55,403 nucleotides of DNA from Nocardioidaceae bacterium. GTDB lineage: Bacteria > Actinomycetota > Actinomycetes > Propionibacteriales > Nocardioidaceae. Below, in pieces: positions 8,408 to 18,205 of the stretch (position 1 is its first letter; each line of letters begins with the position of its first letter). The notes beneath the pieces were generated by a model, which saw only the letters and a program-made list of their open reading frames with translations, made no database searches and was not told the origin of the DNA. The stretch is from NCBI GenBank assembly GCA_025927595.1, contig JAICLD010000001.1, positions 1 through 55,403 of the forward strand, written 5' to 3'. The position numbers and the translations under genes are program-made.

Positions 8408-10213
8408 TCATGCCTGTGCCGGAGCCGCGCGGCGCACGGCCAGCACCGCGACGTCGTCGTCACGGCGGGCGTCGCGCACGGCGACGACGACGTCGTGCAG
8501 CCACGTGAACAGGTCCTCGCAGCTCGCGGAGCTCGCCTCGCACAGGCGCCGCACCCCCTGCTCGATGTCCTCGTCGCGGCGCTCGACCAGCCCGTCGGTG
8601 TAGGCGAGGAACACGTCGCCCGTGCGCAGCGGCACCGTGATCGCCTGCCGCTCCCCGCCCCCGGCTCCGAGCAGCAGTCCGGGCTCGCCCGCCACGACCT
8701 CCACGGCACCGTCGGCGCGGCGTACGACGGGCGGCGGGTGGCCCGCGTTGGCCACCGCGATCTCGTCGCGGGCGGGGTCCGCGACGGCGTACACCATCGT
8801 CACCAGCTGGTGGAAGTCGTAGTGGTCGAAGAGCCGGTCCAGCGCCAGCAGCACCGCGCGGGGGTCGGGGTCGACCGCGACGAGCGCGCGGATCGCGGCG
8901 CGCATCTGCGCCATCGCCGCGGCGGCCGCGACCCCGCGACCCATGACGTCGCCGACGAAGATCGCGATCCGCCCGTCGTCGAGGGCGGTGACGTCGTAGA
9001 AGTCGCCACCGGCGTCGCTGTGGCCGGCCTGCAGGTAGCTCGCGGCGGCCTCCCACCCGGGAAGCGTCGGCAGCTCGTCGGGCAGCACCGCGCGCTGGAG
9101 GCGGGAGGCCACGTCGCGGAGCTGGCTGTGCAGCGCCGCGGTGTCGATCGCCAGCGCGGCCCGGTGGGCCAGGTCCTCACCGAAGACCTGGTCGTCGTGG
9201 TCGAACCGGCGACCCCGCTCACCGGCCACCCAGGTCACCACCCCGAGCACCCGGTCCTGCACCTTGAGCGGCACCGCGAGCGCGCTGCGCAGCTCCAGCT
9301 CCCGCAGCATCCGGCGCTGCTCGGGGTCCGCGACCCCGGCGTCGATCATCTCGTCGGTGATCTCCGGCGTCAGCTGGCTGCGACCCGTCCGGACCAGCTC
9401 GTAGGGGCCCTGCCGGCCGTCGGGGTCGGCCGGGAACCGGCGCTGGGTCTCCAGGGCCATCTCGACCTTGCGCGGGTCGACGTGCTCGACCGCCAGGGTC
9501 CGCAGCTCGCCGTCCTGGAGCAGCGCGATCGTGCACCAGTCGGCGAACCACGGCACCGCGAGCCGGGCCACCTTGCGCAACGTGACCTCGTAGTCGAGGC
9601 TGCTGGACAGCTCGACGCTCGCGTCGGCCAGGAACTGGAGCTTGGCCGCCCGGTCGGCGGCCGCGGCAGTCGCGCGCACCCGGGCCAGGGACTGCGCGCA
9701 GCTGTCCACCATCACCGACAGGAAGTCGAGCTCCTCGTCGGGGATCCCCCGCTCGCCGGGGAAGGACATCGTCGCCGCGCCGAGGCACTCACCGCCGACC
9801 AGCAGCGGCAGGCACACGATCGAGCGCTCCCCCTCCGACGCCATCCGCACGCCGGGGTAGCGCCGGGCGATCTCCTCCGCGCCGCGCAGCACCAGGGTGC
9901 GGCGGAGCCGGACGGCGTCCCCGGGCGGCGTCGCGTCGTCGAGCGGGTACGTCGACCAGCGCGAGGTCACCTCCCGCCGGCCGCCGCGCACGCCGACGAC
10001 GGCCAGCGTGTCCTCCCCCACGAGCAGCGACAGCGAGGCCACCGTCGCCCCCGCCGCGTCCGCGAGGCTCTGCACGACGATGTCGGCGACCTGCTGCTCG
10101 GTCTCGGCGCGGACCAGGTCGGCGCCGACCAGGGCCAGGCGGGTCAGCCGCTCGGTGAGCCGGCCCCGTCCCGGCTCCCCTGCCCCGGGGGCTCCCGGCA
10201 CCGTCTGCTCCAT
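8408..10213 (-). CDS. GAF-GAF-SpoIIE (PP2C, RsbU-like) phosphatase
   Basis: Two GAF-like regions, then GGDFYD, VGDVMGRG, NAGHPPP, YTDGLVE, DDVAVL. Confidence 0.9.
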   Translation of the reverse strand: MEQTVPGAPGAGEPGRGRLTERLTRLALVGADLVRAETEQQVADIVVQSLADAAGATVASLSLLVGEDTLAVVGVRGGRREVTSRWSTYPLDDATPPGDAVRLRRTLVLRGAEEIARRYPGVRMASEGERSIVCLPLLVGGECLGAATMSFPGERGIPDEELDFLSVMVDSCAQSLARVRATAAAADRAAKLQFLADASVELSSSLDYEVTLRKVARLAVPWFADWCTIALLQDGELRTLAVEHVDPRKVEMALETQRRFPADPDGRQGPYELVRTGRSQLTPEITDEMIDAGVADPEQRRMLRELELRSALAVPLKVQDRVLGVVTWVAGERGRRFDHDDQVFGEDLAHRAALAIDTAALHSQLRDVASRLQRAVLPDELPTLPGWEAAASYLQAGHSDAGGDFYDVTALDDGRIAIFVGDVMGRGVAAAAAMAQMRAAIRALVAVDPDPRAVLLALDRLFDHYDFHQLVTMVYAVADPARDEIAVANAGHPPPVVRRADGAVEVVAGEPGLLLGAGGGERQAITVPLRTGDVFLAYTDGLVERRDEDIEQGVRRLCEASSASCEDLFTWLHDVVVAVRDARRDDDVAVLAVRRAAPAQA

Positions 10214-10278
10214 GCCCGGATCCTGTCAGGGCGGCGGTACGCCCGCATGACCCGTCCGTGCCGTGTGCGTGTCCGTGT

Positions 10279-10314
10279 CTGCGGCTGCGGCTGCGGCTGC
10301 GGCTGCGGCTGCGG
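10279..10314. repeat. Hexamer microsatellite (CTGCGG)6
   Basis: Six perfect copies, preceded by degenerate CGTGTG/CGTGTC hexamers, in a divergent intergenic region. Confidence 0.9.
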
Positions 10315-10356
10315 TCGGTCTGCGACTGTCCCCGCTCCGGTCTACAGTGAGCGCCG

Positions 10357-11400
10357 ATGTCCCCACGCACGCTGCTCGCCGTCGACGGCAACTCGCTGCT
10401 GCACCGCAGCTTCCACGCGGCCGCCCGCTCGGGGTTCCACGCGGCGGACGGCCGGCCGATGTGGGCCGTCCGCGGGCTCCTCTCCCAGCTCGTCGCGGCC
10501 GTCGACCGGTGCTGCGCGGACGCGGTCGTCGTGGGCTTCGACGACCCCTCGGCCAGCCTGCGACGGGACCGGTGGCCGTCGTACAAGGCGCACCGCGAGG
10601 ACAAGCCCGCCACCTTGGAGCGCCAGCTGGAGACCGCGGTCGAGGTGCTCCGCGACCTCGGCGTCGTCGTGGCCGTGCCGCCGGGACTCGAGGCCGACGA
10701 CGTGCTGGCATCCGCCGCCGCGTACGCGCGCAGCGTGGGAGCGCGGGCCGTGGTCGCGACCTCCGACCGGGACTCCTTCGCGCTCGTCGACGACAACACC
10801 CGGATGCTGCGGATCCTCAACGGGGGCGTCGAGGCCTCACCGATGCTCGACCCGCACCGGCTGGCGATGGTCACCGGCGTGCGTCCCGAGCAGTACCTCG
10901 ACCTCGCCGCCCTGCGCGGTGACCCCTCGGACAACCTGCCGGGCGTTCCCGGGATCGGCCCGAAGACCGCGGCCCGGATCCTCGCCGCCTTCGGCACGGC
11001 GCGGGCCGCCTTCGACGACGCCGCCGGCGCCGGCGACCGCTGCCGGGCCGCGCTGGGCCGGCACGTGACCGGGCTGCTGTCCCGACCGGGTTCGCGCGAG
11101 GTCTGGGAGACCAACCGCACGGTGATGACCATGGTGCGCGACGCCCCGCTCGGGTTGGACCTGCTCCGGGGCGTGGGCTGCCTGCCGCTCCGGGAGTCGG
11201 CGGTCCGCCGGGCCTACACCCTGGTCGACCTGCACGTGCCCTCCGCGGTGCGCGGGCTCACCGGGGTCGAGCCGCCGGCCCCGCGTCCCGTCGACGTGTC
11301 CGCGGCCTGGCAGCCGCCGCGGCAGCGCACCATGCGGTTCCCACCGCTTCCCCGGCCCCGCACCCCCGAGCCCGCGTGGGTGCAGGACACGCTCTTCTGA
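10357..11400 (+). CDS. Stand-alone 5'-3' exonuclease / flap endonuclease
   Basis: LLAVDGNSLLHRSFHA, YKAHR, EADD, SDRD, GDPSDNLPGVPGIGPKTA (H3TH); no polymerase domain. Confidence 0.9.
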   Translation: MSPRTLLAVDGNSLLHRSFHAAARSGFHAADGRPMWAVRGLLSQLVAAVDRCCADAVVVGFDDPSASLRRDRWPSYKAHREDKPATLERQLETAVEVLRDLGVVVAVPPGLEADDVLASAAAYARSVGARAVVATSDRDSFALVDDNTRMLRILNGGVEASPMLDPHRLAMVTGVRPEQYLDLAALRGDPSDNLPGVPGIGPKTAARILAAFGTARAAFDDAAGAGDRCRAALGRHVTGLLSRPGSREVWETNRTVMTMVRDAPLGLDLLRGVGCLPLRESAVRRAYTLVDLHVPSAVRGLTGVEPPAPRPVDVSAAWQPPRQRTMRFPPLPRPRTPEPAWVQDTLF

Positions 11401-11418
11401 CTCGCCGAGTCGCCGCGG

Positions 11419-12174
11419 CTAGGTCGGGAAGGACCGGCTGACGCGCTGCATCGCGGCGACCAGCTCGGGGTCGCGGCCACCACCGAACCGCTCGGCGGGG
11501 CCCGACAGCGACAGCGCCGCCAGCACCTGCCCCCCGCCGTCCCGGACCGGCACCGCCACGCAGCGGACCCCGGTCTCCTGCTCCTGCTCGTCGACCGCCC
11601 ACCCCCGCGTGCGTACGTCGTCGAGCTCGGCGACGAGGGCGTCGAGGTCGGTCACGGTCGCTGACGTCCGGGCCGGTAGCCCGGTCCGCCGCAGCAGCGA
11701 GAACACCTGGTCGTCCGGCAGCTCGGCGAGCAGCACCTTGCCGACGGCCGTCGCGTGCGGCGAGACGTGCCGGCCGACCTCCGCGAACATCCGCAGCGTG
11801 TGCGGCGACGGCACCTGGGCGACGTACACGATGTCGTCGCCCTCGAGCACGGCGAGGTTGGCGGTCTCCCCGGACATCTCGACCAGCTCGGCGAGGTAGG
11901 GCCGCGCGGTGCGGGCCAGGGACCGCTGGGCGGCGTCCGCGAGCCGGATCGCGGCGTTGCCGACCGAGTACTTGCGGGCGGCGTCGTGGCGGACGTACCC
12001 CCGCTGCTGGAGCGTCTGCAGCAGCCGGTGCGCCGTGCCCTGCGGGAGCCCGGTCCGGGTGGCCAGCTCGCCCACCCCGACCGGGGACTCCGCGAGCGCG
12101 AGCGCCTCCAGCAGGACGAGCGCACGGTCGACCGACTGCACGGCCCCCGACGGGCGGGACGTGGCGGTGACCAT
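11419..12174 (-). CDS. IclR-family regulator of the glycolate/glyoxylate operon
   Basis: VQSVDRAL HTH, GETANL, HATAVGK, EQETGVRCVAVP; last gene of the glc cluster. Confidence 0.88.
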   Translation of the reverse strand: MVTATSRPSGAVQSVDRALVLLEALALAESPVGVGELATRTGLPQGTAHRLLQTLQQRGYVRHDAARKYSVGNAAIRLADAAQRSLARTARPYLAELVEMSGETANLAVLEGDDIVYVAQVPSPHTLRMFAEVGRHVSPHATAVGKVLLAELPDDQVFSLLRRTGLPARTSATVTDLDALVAELDDVRTRGWAVDEQEQETGVRCVAVPVRDGGGQVLAALSLSGPAERFGGGRDPELVAAMQRVSRSFPT

Positions 12175-12192
12175 CGGCTCGCTCCTCGCCGG

Positions 12193-13950
12193 CTAGGGAA
12201 CCATCCAGCCCAGGACCGGCGTGGACTGCAGGCCGACGATCGCGCACATGACCACCAGCAGCAGGACGCTCCAGCCGATCACCTTGCGGAAGATCTCGCC
12301 CTCCCGGCCGGCCATGCCGACCGCCGCGGCTGCGATGGCGAGGTTCTGCGGGCTGATCATCTTGCCCAGCACGCCGCCCGAGGAGTTCGCCGAGACCATC
12401 AGCAGCGGGTCGAGACCGGCCTTGGCGGCGGTCTGCGCCTGCAGCGCCCCGAACAGCGCGTTGGAGGAGGTGTCCGACCCCGTCACCGCCACGCCGATCC
12501 AGCCGAGGATCGGGGAGAGGACGGCGAAGGCGGCCCCGGTGCCGGCGAGCCACACGCCCATCGAGGCGGTCATGCCGGAGTCGTTGAGGACGTAGGCCAG
12601 GGCCAGCACCGCCATCACGGTGATGATGGCCGAGCGGAGCTCGACGTAGGTGCCGATGTAGGTCCTGAGCGCCTTCGCCGGGGAGACCTTCAAGATGGCC
12701 ATGGTGATCAGCCCCGCGATGACCAGCAGGGTGCCGGCGGCCGGCAGCCAGTTGAGCTTGAACGTGGTGGCGACCGGGTCACCGGCGGAGTTCAGGACGT
12801 GCAGGCCTGGCCAGTTGTAGATGTAGGTCCAGGGCGCCTTGCCGAAGAACTCGACGAGGGCGGGGATGTTCATGATGGCGAAGATCGCGATGACCACCAG
12901 GTAGGGGGCGTAGGCGCGGAACACCTCGCCGCGCGAGTCGGCGGGGACCGTGCCGGCTCCCGCAGCGCCGGTGCCCTGGTCGCCGGTGCCGGGAGCCCCC
13001 CGGTCCGGCCCCCCGGTCGCGGCGACCGTGGTGGTGCCGCGGGCGGTGCCACCGGGCCGGGCGGCACGCGTGGCGATGGCTGTGGTCTCCTCGTCCGGCT
13101 CGGCGCGCAGCACCTCCGCCGGCTGCCACACCCGGACCAGCAGCACCAGGGAGGCGGCCGCTGCGAGCGAGGCGATGATGTCGGCCAGCGGGACCGAGAT
13201 GAAGTTGGCACTGAGGTACTGCCCGAGCCCGAACACGACGCCGGCCAACAGCGCGGCCGGCCAGGTCTGCCTCGCCCCCCGGACACCGTCCACGACGATC
13301 ACGAGGAACAGCGGCACCACGATGGCCAGGAGCGGGGTCTGTCGGCCGACCATCGAGCCGATGCCGTCCACGGTCAGCCGCGGGTCGTTGTTGACGCCCG
13401 AGGCGATCCCGGCGAGCGTGGTGATCGGGATCGCCAGTGCCCCGAAGGCCACGGGGGCGGTGTTCGCGAGCAGCGCCACGGTCGCCGCCTTGACCGGCTT
13501 GAACCCGAGCGAGACCAGCATCACGACCGTGATCGCGACCGGCGTCCCGAACCCGGCCAGCGCCTCGAGCAGCGCGCCGAAGCAGAAGGCGATGATGATC
13601 GCCTGGATCCGCTGGTCGGGGCTGACCTTCTCGAAGGAGCGGCGCAGCACGTCGAAGTGTCCCGACACGACGGTGAGGTTGTAGACCCACACGGCGTTGA
13701 TGACGATCCACAGGATCGGGAAGAAGCCGAACAGGGCGCCGAGGATCGCCGCGCTGATCCCCTGCCCCACCGGCATCCCGAACAGGGCGATGGCGATCAC
13801 CAGGGACACCAGGAGCGCGATGACCCCGGACAGCCACGCCCTCACCTTCAGGCCGCCCAGGAGGACGAACAGGACGACCAGCGGGATGGCGGCGCACAGC
13901 GCACTGAGGGCGAGCGAGCCGCCGACCGCTCTCGGGTCTTGCTGGAACAT
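12193..13950 (-). CDS. L-lactate/glycolate permease (LctP family)
   Basis: FGALLEALAGFGTP, ANTAPVAFG, TGSDTSSNALFG, GKMISPQN; GGAG RBS before ATG 13950. Confidence 0.92.
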   Translation of the reverse strand: MFQQDPRAVGGSLALSALCAAIPLVVLFVLLGGLKVRAWLSGVIALLVSLVIAIALFGMPVGQGISAAILGALFGFFPILWIVINAVWVYNLTVVSGHFDVLRRSFEKVSPDQRIQAIIIAFCFGALLEALAGFGTPVAITVVMLVSLGFKPVKAATVALLANTAPVAFGALAIPITTLAGIASGVNNDPRLTVDGIGSMVGRQTPLLAIVVPLFLVIVVDGVRGARQTWPAALLAGVVFGLGQYLSANFISVPLADIIASLAAAASLVLLVRVWQPAEVLRAEPDEETTAIATRAARPGGTARGTTTVAATGGPDRGAPGTGDQGTGAAGAGTVPADSRGEVFRAYAPYLVVIAIFAIMNIPALVEFFGKAPWTYIYNWPGLHVLNSAGDPVATTFKLNWLPAAGTLLVIAGLITMAILKVSPAKALRTYIGTYVELRSAIITVMAVLALAYVLNDSGMTASMGVWLAGTGAAFAVLSPILGWIGVAVTGSDTSSNALFGALQAQTAAKAGLDPLLMVSANSSGGVLGKMISPQNLAIAAAAVGMAGREGEIFRKVIGWSVLLLVVMCAIVGLQSTPVLGWMVP

Positions 13951-14013
13951 GGTCGACTCCACGGGACGCAGGGACGGGTGGTGGGACTGACGGTAAGAGG
14001 CTGGAGGAGCTGG

Positions 14014-15411
14014 CTACTGCGGGTCGTGCGGAGGAAGCAGGGTCGAGGCCGGCAGCCCACGGATCGAGGCGTCGAGCACCTCGATCGTGTGGGCCATCCC
14101 CATCGGGTGGCCCGACCGCTCGATCGCGGAGGTCACCTGCATCAGGCAGCCGGGGTTCGCGGTCACCAGGACCTGCGCGCCCGTGGCCACGATGTTGGCG
14201 GCCTTGCGGTCCCCGAGCTGGCGGGCCGGCTCAGGGTTGACGATGTTGTAGACGCCGGCGGAGCCGCAGCACAGCTCCGCCTCGGCGATCTCCCGCAGCT
14301 CCAGGCCCGGGATCGCCCGCAGCAGCCGGCGGGGCTGGCTGCGGATCCCCTGGGCATGGGCGAGGTGGCACGCGTCGTGGTAGGCCACCGTGATCTCCAG
14401 CGGGTGCCGCGGGGCCACCGGGCCGAGCTCGTCCAGCATCTCGGAGATGTCGCGGACCTTCGCGGCCAGGGCGGCCGCCCGGTCGGCGTACGCGGGGTCG
14501 TCGCGGAGCAGCTCGGCGTACTCCTTCATGGTCGAGCCGCAGCCGGCGGCGTTCACCACGACCCGCTCGACGCCGGCGGTCTCGAAGGTGTCGACGATCC
14601 TCCGCGCGAACCGCTGCGCCTCGTCCTCGCGGCCCTGGTGGGTGGACAGCGCGCCGCAGCAGCCCTGGTCGCGGGGCACGACCACGTCGCAGCCCTCGGC
14701 CTGGAGCACCCGCGCGGTGGCGGCGTTCACGCCGGGGAAGAACGCGCCCTGCACGCAGCCGGTGAGCATCCCGACCACGGCCCGGCGCGCACCCGAGGCG
14801 CTGATCCGCTCGGGGATCGGCTCCGGCCGGTCCAGCCGGGGCGCCAGGCTCTCCATCGCCGCGAGCTGCGGGGACATCCGCTCGAGCAGCCCTGTGCGCC
14901 GCAGCGCCCGGTCGAGGCCGGTGCGCTGCAACGCGCGCAGCGGTCCCCGCACCAGCCGCAGCCGGCGCGGGTACGGGAACAGCGAGAAGATCATCGCCCG
15001 CAGCGCCCGCTCGGAGCGGGACCGCTCGTGGTGCCGCTCGACCTGGGCCCGGGTCTGCTCGATCAGCCGGTCGTACTGCACGCCGGACGGGCAGGCGGTC
15101 ACGCAGGACATGCAGCCCAGGCAGCGGTCCCAGTGCTGCACCATCGAGTCGGACATCGGCTCGCCCTCGAGCCCCTGCTTCATCAGGTAGATCCGCCCGC
15201 GCGGGGAGTCCATCTCCTCCCCCCACAGCACGTAGGTGGGGCACGTCGGCAGGCAGAAGCCGCAGTGGACGCAGTCGCCGACGAGCGCGGCGTCGGGCGG
15301 GTGGTGCTCGTCGAACGCCCCACCGGCGACCGGGGTCCTGCCCTCGACGGCGGAGTCGACGATGCTGCCCATCTCGCCGAGCTCGCCCGGCTCCTGCTTC
15401 TGGTCGGTCAC
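14014..15411 (-). CDS. glcF: Glycolate oxidase Fe-S subunit
   Basis: CVHCGFCLPTCP, CLGCMSCVTACP, two CCG domains. Confidence 0.9.
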   Translation of the reverse strand: MTDQKQEPGELGEMGSIVDSAVEGRTPVAGGAFDEHHPPDAALVGDCVHCGFCLPTCPTYVLWGEEMDSPRGRIYLMKQGLEGEPMSDSMVQHWDRCLGCMSCVTACPSGVQYDRLIEQTRAQVERHHERSRSERALRAMIFSLFPYPRRLRLVRGPLRALQRTGLDRALRRTGLLERMSPQLAAMESLAPRLDRPEPIPERISASGARRAVVGMLTGCVQGAFFPGVNAATARVLQAEGCDVVVPRDQGCCGALSTHQGREDEAQRFARRIVDTFETAGVERVVVNAAGCGSTMKEYAELLRDDPAYADRAAALAAKVRDISEMLDELGPVAPRHPLEITVAYHDACHLAHAQGIRSQPRRLLRAIPGLELREIAEAELCCGSAGVYNIVNPEPARQLGDRKAANIVATGAQVLVTANPGCLMQVTSAIERSGHPMGMAHTIEVLDASIRGLPASTLLPPHDPQ

Positions 15412-15412
15412 G

Positions 15413-16660
15413 TCAGATTCCTCCCACGAATCGGCCCGGCGCCAGCCGGTGCTCCGGGTCGAACTGGTCCTTCACCCGCTGCATCAGGCCCTGGCCCGGG
15501 ACCGTGCCCCAGACGTCGACCGACCGCTTGACCTCGGCCGGCCCGTCCACGACGACCACGTGCCCCTGGTGGCGGCCGCAGACCTCCCGGAGCCGGCCCA
15601 GCGCGCTCCCCACGGCATCCGCGTCGTCGCCGGGCACGGAGCCGTACAGGACGCCGGTGCCGGCGGAGCCGCGCACGTGGACTCCGCTCTCGCGGGCGGC
15701 GCCCAGCACGTCACCGAGCCCGGACAGCACGAACGTGAGCTTGAGCCCCACGTCGCCCTCCCCCCACGGGTACGCCGCCCAGCCGGCCGGCTCCTCCTCG
15801 GAGCCCTGGGCGCCGGAGCCGAGCAGCGACGCCACCGTCCGGGCCCGGGTCTCGACCCCCTGGGGGCGGCCCTCGAGCAGCACCGAGACCGTGCCCCTCG
15901 TGCCACCGCTGCCTGCCGGCCAGTCGACCTCGACCGCGGTCGGGACCGCCTGGGCGTGCACGACCGCGGAGGCGGCCTCGTGCGCCCGGCCGGCGTCGTC
16001 GACCTCGACGGTGACCCAGCGCCGAGCGTCCTCGAGCGGGTGCAGGCGGAACAGCGCCTCGGTGATCACCGCGAGGGTCCCGTAGGAGCCGATCAGCAGC
16101 TTGCCGAGGTCGTAGCCCGCGACGTTCTTCACGACCCGGCCGCCGGCCTTGGCCCGGACGCCGTCGGCGCGCACGACCGTGATCCCGATCAGCAGGTCCC
16201 GAGCGGTGCCGACGAGCATCCGCCGGGGCCCGGAGACGTTGGTGGCCAGGGTGCCGCCGATGCTGGCCCCGGGCACGGTCTCGTCGATCGCCAGCCGCTG
16301 CCGGGCGCCGGCCACCGCGTCCTGGACGTCGCGCAGCCGCGCACCCGCCTGTGCGGCGACGATCAGGTCACCGGCCGCGTGGTCGAGGACCCGGTCGAGG
16401 CCGGCCAGGTCCAGCACCAGGTCCGCGGAGGCGGGCGGCAGCCCCCAGGTCATCTTGGTGCCGCGGCCGCGGGGCACCACGGTCAGCCGGTGCGCCGCGG
16501 CGGCGCGCAGCACCTCCGCGACCTGGTCGGGGGAGGACGGGCGGGCGACCAGGGCCGGCGCCACCCCGTCGACGGCGTCGGCCGGAGCGGCGTCGTCCAC
16601 CTGCGCGCACGCCGACGCCACCGCGTCGCGCGCCGTCTGGTCCAGGGTCCCGGCCGACAT
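15413..16660 (-). CDS. glcE: Glycolate oxidase FAD-binding subunit
   Basis: GGRVVKNVAGYDLGKL, GSYGTL, KDQFDP; ATG at 16660 coupled to the glcD stop. Confidence 0.88.
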   Translation of the reverse strand: MSAGTLDQTARDAVASACAQVDDAAPADAVDGVAPALVARPSSPDQVAEVLRAAAAHRLTVVPRGRGTKMTWGLPPASADLVLDLAGLDRVLDHAAGDLIVAAQAGARLRDVQDAVAGARQRLAIDETVPGASIGGTLATNVSGPRRMLVGTARDLLIGITVVRADGVRAKAGGRVVKNVAGYDLGKLLIGSYGTLAVITEALFRLHPLEDARRWVTVEVDDAGRAHEAASAVVHAQAVPTAVEVDWPAGSGGTRGTVSVLLEGRPQGVETRARTVASLLGSGAQGSEEEPAGWAAYPWGEGDVGLKLTFVLSGLGDVLGAARESGVHVRGSAGTGVLYGSVPGDDADAVGSALGRLREVCGRHQGHVVVVDGPAEVKRSVDVWGTVPGQGLMQRVKDQFDPEHRLAPGRFVGGI

Positions 16661-18156
16661 CAGAACACCTCCGCGAGACCGGCGTCCTGCAGGGGGTGGA
16701 CGCCCTTGTGCCGTCCGGGCACCTCGCCGCACAGCCGCGGCGTGGGGAAGATCTTGCCGGGGTTGGACACGTTGTCGGGGTCGAACGCGCACCGGACGAG
16801 CTGCATGGTGTCGAGGTCGTCCTCGTCGTACATCCGGGGCATGTACTTCGCCTTGTCGACGCCGACGCCGTGCTCGCCGGTGATCGAGCCGCCGTGGCCG
16901 ATGCAGAGGTCCAGGATCGCGCCGCTGACCTTCTCGGCGGCCTCGCCCGCGCCCTCGACGGAGTCGTCGAACAGCACCAGCGGGTGCAGGTTGCCGTCGC
17001 CGGCGTGGAAGACGTTCGCGACCCGGACCCCGGAGGACTCCGACAGCTCGGCGATGGCCTTGAGCACCTCGGGCAGCGCGGTCCGGGGGATCACGCCGTC
17101 CTGGACGATGTAGTCCGGGCTGATCCGGCCCACCGCCGCGAACGCGGACTTCCGGCCCTTCCAGATCAGGGCCCGGTCGGTGGGGTCGGTGGCCACCCGC
17201 TGCTCGAAGGAGCCGTTGTCGCGGCACAGCCGCTCGACCTCGTCGAACTCGGCCGCTACTTCGGCTGCGGCACCGTCGAGCTCGATCACGAGGACGGCGC
17301 CGGCACCCGCGGGGTAGTTGCAGTGCACCGCCGCCTCGGCGGCCTCGATGGCGAGCGCGTCCATCATCTCGATCGCCGCGGGCAGGATCCCGGCCGCGAT
17401 GATCGCCGAGGTCGCGGCGCCGGCGTGGTCGGTGGTCTCGAAGCCGACCAGCAGCGTGCGGACCTCCTCGGGCAGCCGCACCAGGCGCACCGTCGCCGAG
17501 GTGACCACCCCGAGCGTGCCCTCGGAGCCGACCACCGCGCCGAGCAGGTCGTAGCCCGGGGTGTCCGGTGCCGCGCCGCCGATCTCCACGATCTCGCCCT
17601 GGGGGGTCACCAGCTCGGCGCCCAGCACGTGGTTGCTGGTGAAGCCGTACTTCAGGCAGTGCGCGCCTCCGGAGTTCTCCGCGAGGTTGCCGCCGATCGA
17701 GCAGATCTGCTGGCTCGACGGGTCCGGGGCGTAGTAGTAGCCGTGCGGTGCCGCCGCCCGGGTCACGTCGAGGTTGATCACGCCCGGCTCGACGACGGCC
17801 CGCTGGTCCTGCGGGCGCACCTCGCGGATCGCCCGCATCCGCGAGGTGACCACCAGCACGCCCTCGGCGTGCGGGAGCGCCCCGCCCGACAGCCCGGTCC
17901 CCGAGCCGCGCGCCACGAACGGCACCCGGTTGTGGGCGCACGCCTCGACGACGCCCGCCAGCTGCTCGGCGTCCTCCGGGATCACCACGAGGGCCGGCGT
18001 CACCCGGTAGTGAGCGAGACCGTCGCACTCGTAGGTGCGCAGCCGCTGGTGGTCGCTGATCACGCCTTCGCGCGAGAGCAGCTCGCGGGCCCGTCGCTCG
18101 ACCGCCGCCAGCGCGCCGTGGTCGGTCGACCGCTCGTGGAGCTCGGTGGTGGCCAT
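16660..18156 (-). CDS. glcD: Glycolate oxidase FAD-linked subunit
   Basis: RGSGTGLSGG, PDPSSQ..CSIGGN, HCLKYG, HAGDGNLHP, GEHGVG, NPGK. Confidence 0.92.
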   Translation of the reverse strand: MATTELHERSTDHGALAAVERRARELLSREGVISDHQRLRTYECDGLAHYRVTPALVVIPEDAEQLAGVVEACAHNRVPFVARGSGTGLSGGALPHAEGVLVVTSRMRAIREVRPQDQRAVVEPGVINLDVTRAAAPHGYYYAPDPSSQQICSIGGNLAENSGGAHCLKYGFTSNHVLGAELVTPQGEIVEIGGAAPDTPGYDLLGAVVGSEGTLGVVTSATVRLVRLPEEVRTLLVGFETTDHAGAATSAIIAAGILPAAIEMMDALAIEAAEAAVHCNYPAGAGAVLVIELDGAAAEVAAEFDEVERLCRDNGSFEQRVATDPTDRALIWKGRKSAFAAVGRISPDYIVQDGVIPRTALPEVLKAIAELSESSGVRVANVFHAGDGNLHPLVLFDDSVEGAGEAAEKVSGAILDLCIGHGGSITGEHGVGVDKAKYMPRMYDEDDLDTMQLVRCAFDPDNVSNPGKIFPTPRLCGEVPGRHKGVHPLQDAGLAEVF

Positions 18157-18205
18157 GCCGCACGTCCTTCCGCTGGGTGCCTTCGAGATGAGGGGTGGGG
18201 ACCGG

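Noticed and set aside
10263-10922. Poly-Ala, CG-repeat or SR-repeat proteins over the microsatellite
   Set aside because: These are translations of the (CTGCGG)6 repeat in non-coding frames
7817-11068. 1083-aa plus-strand ORF (also 11755..15531, 18035..20608, 28453..30489, 47374..51117, 52298..54610)
   Set aside because: Antisense shadows of well-supported genes; stop-poor frames are expected at this GC content and the products have no motifs
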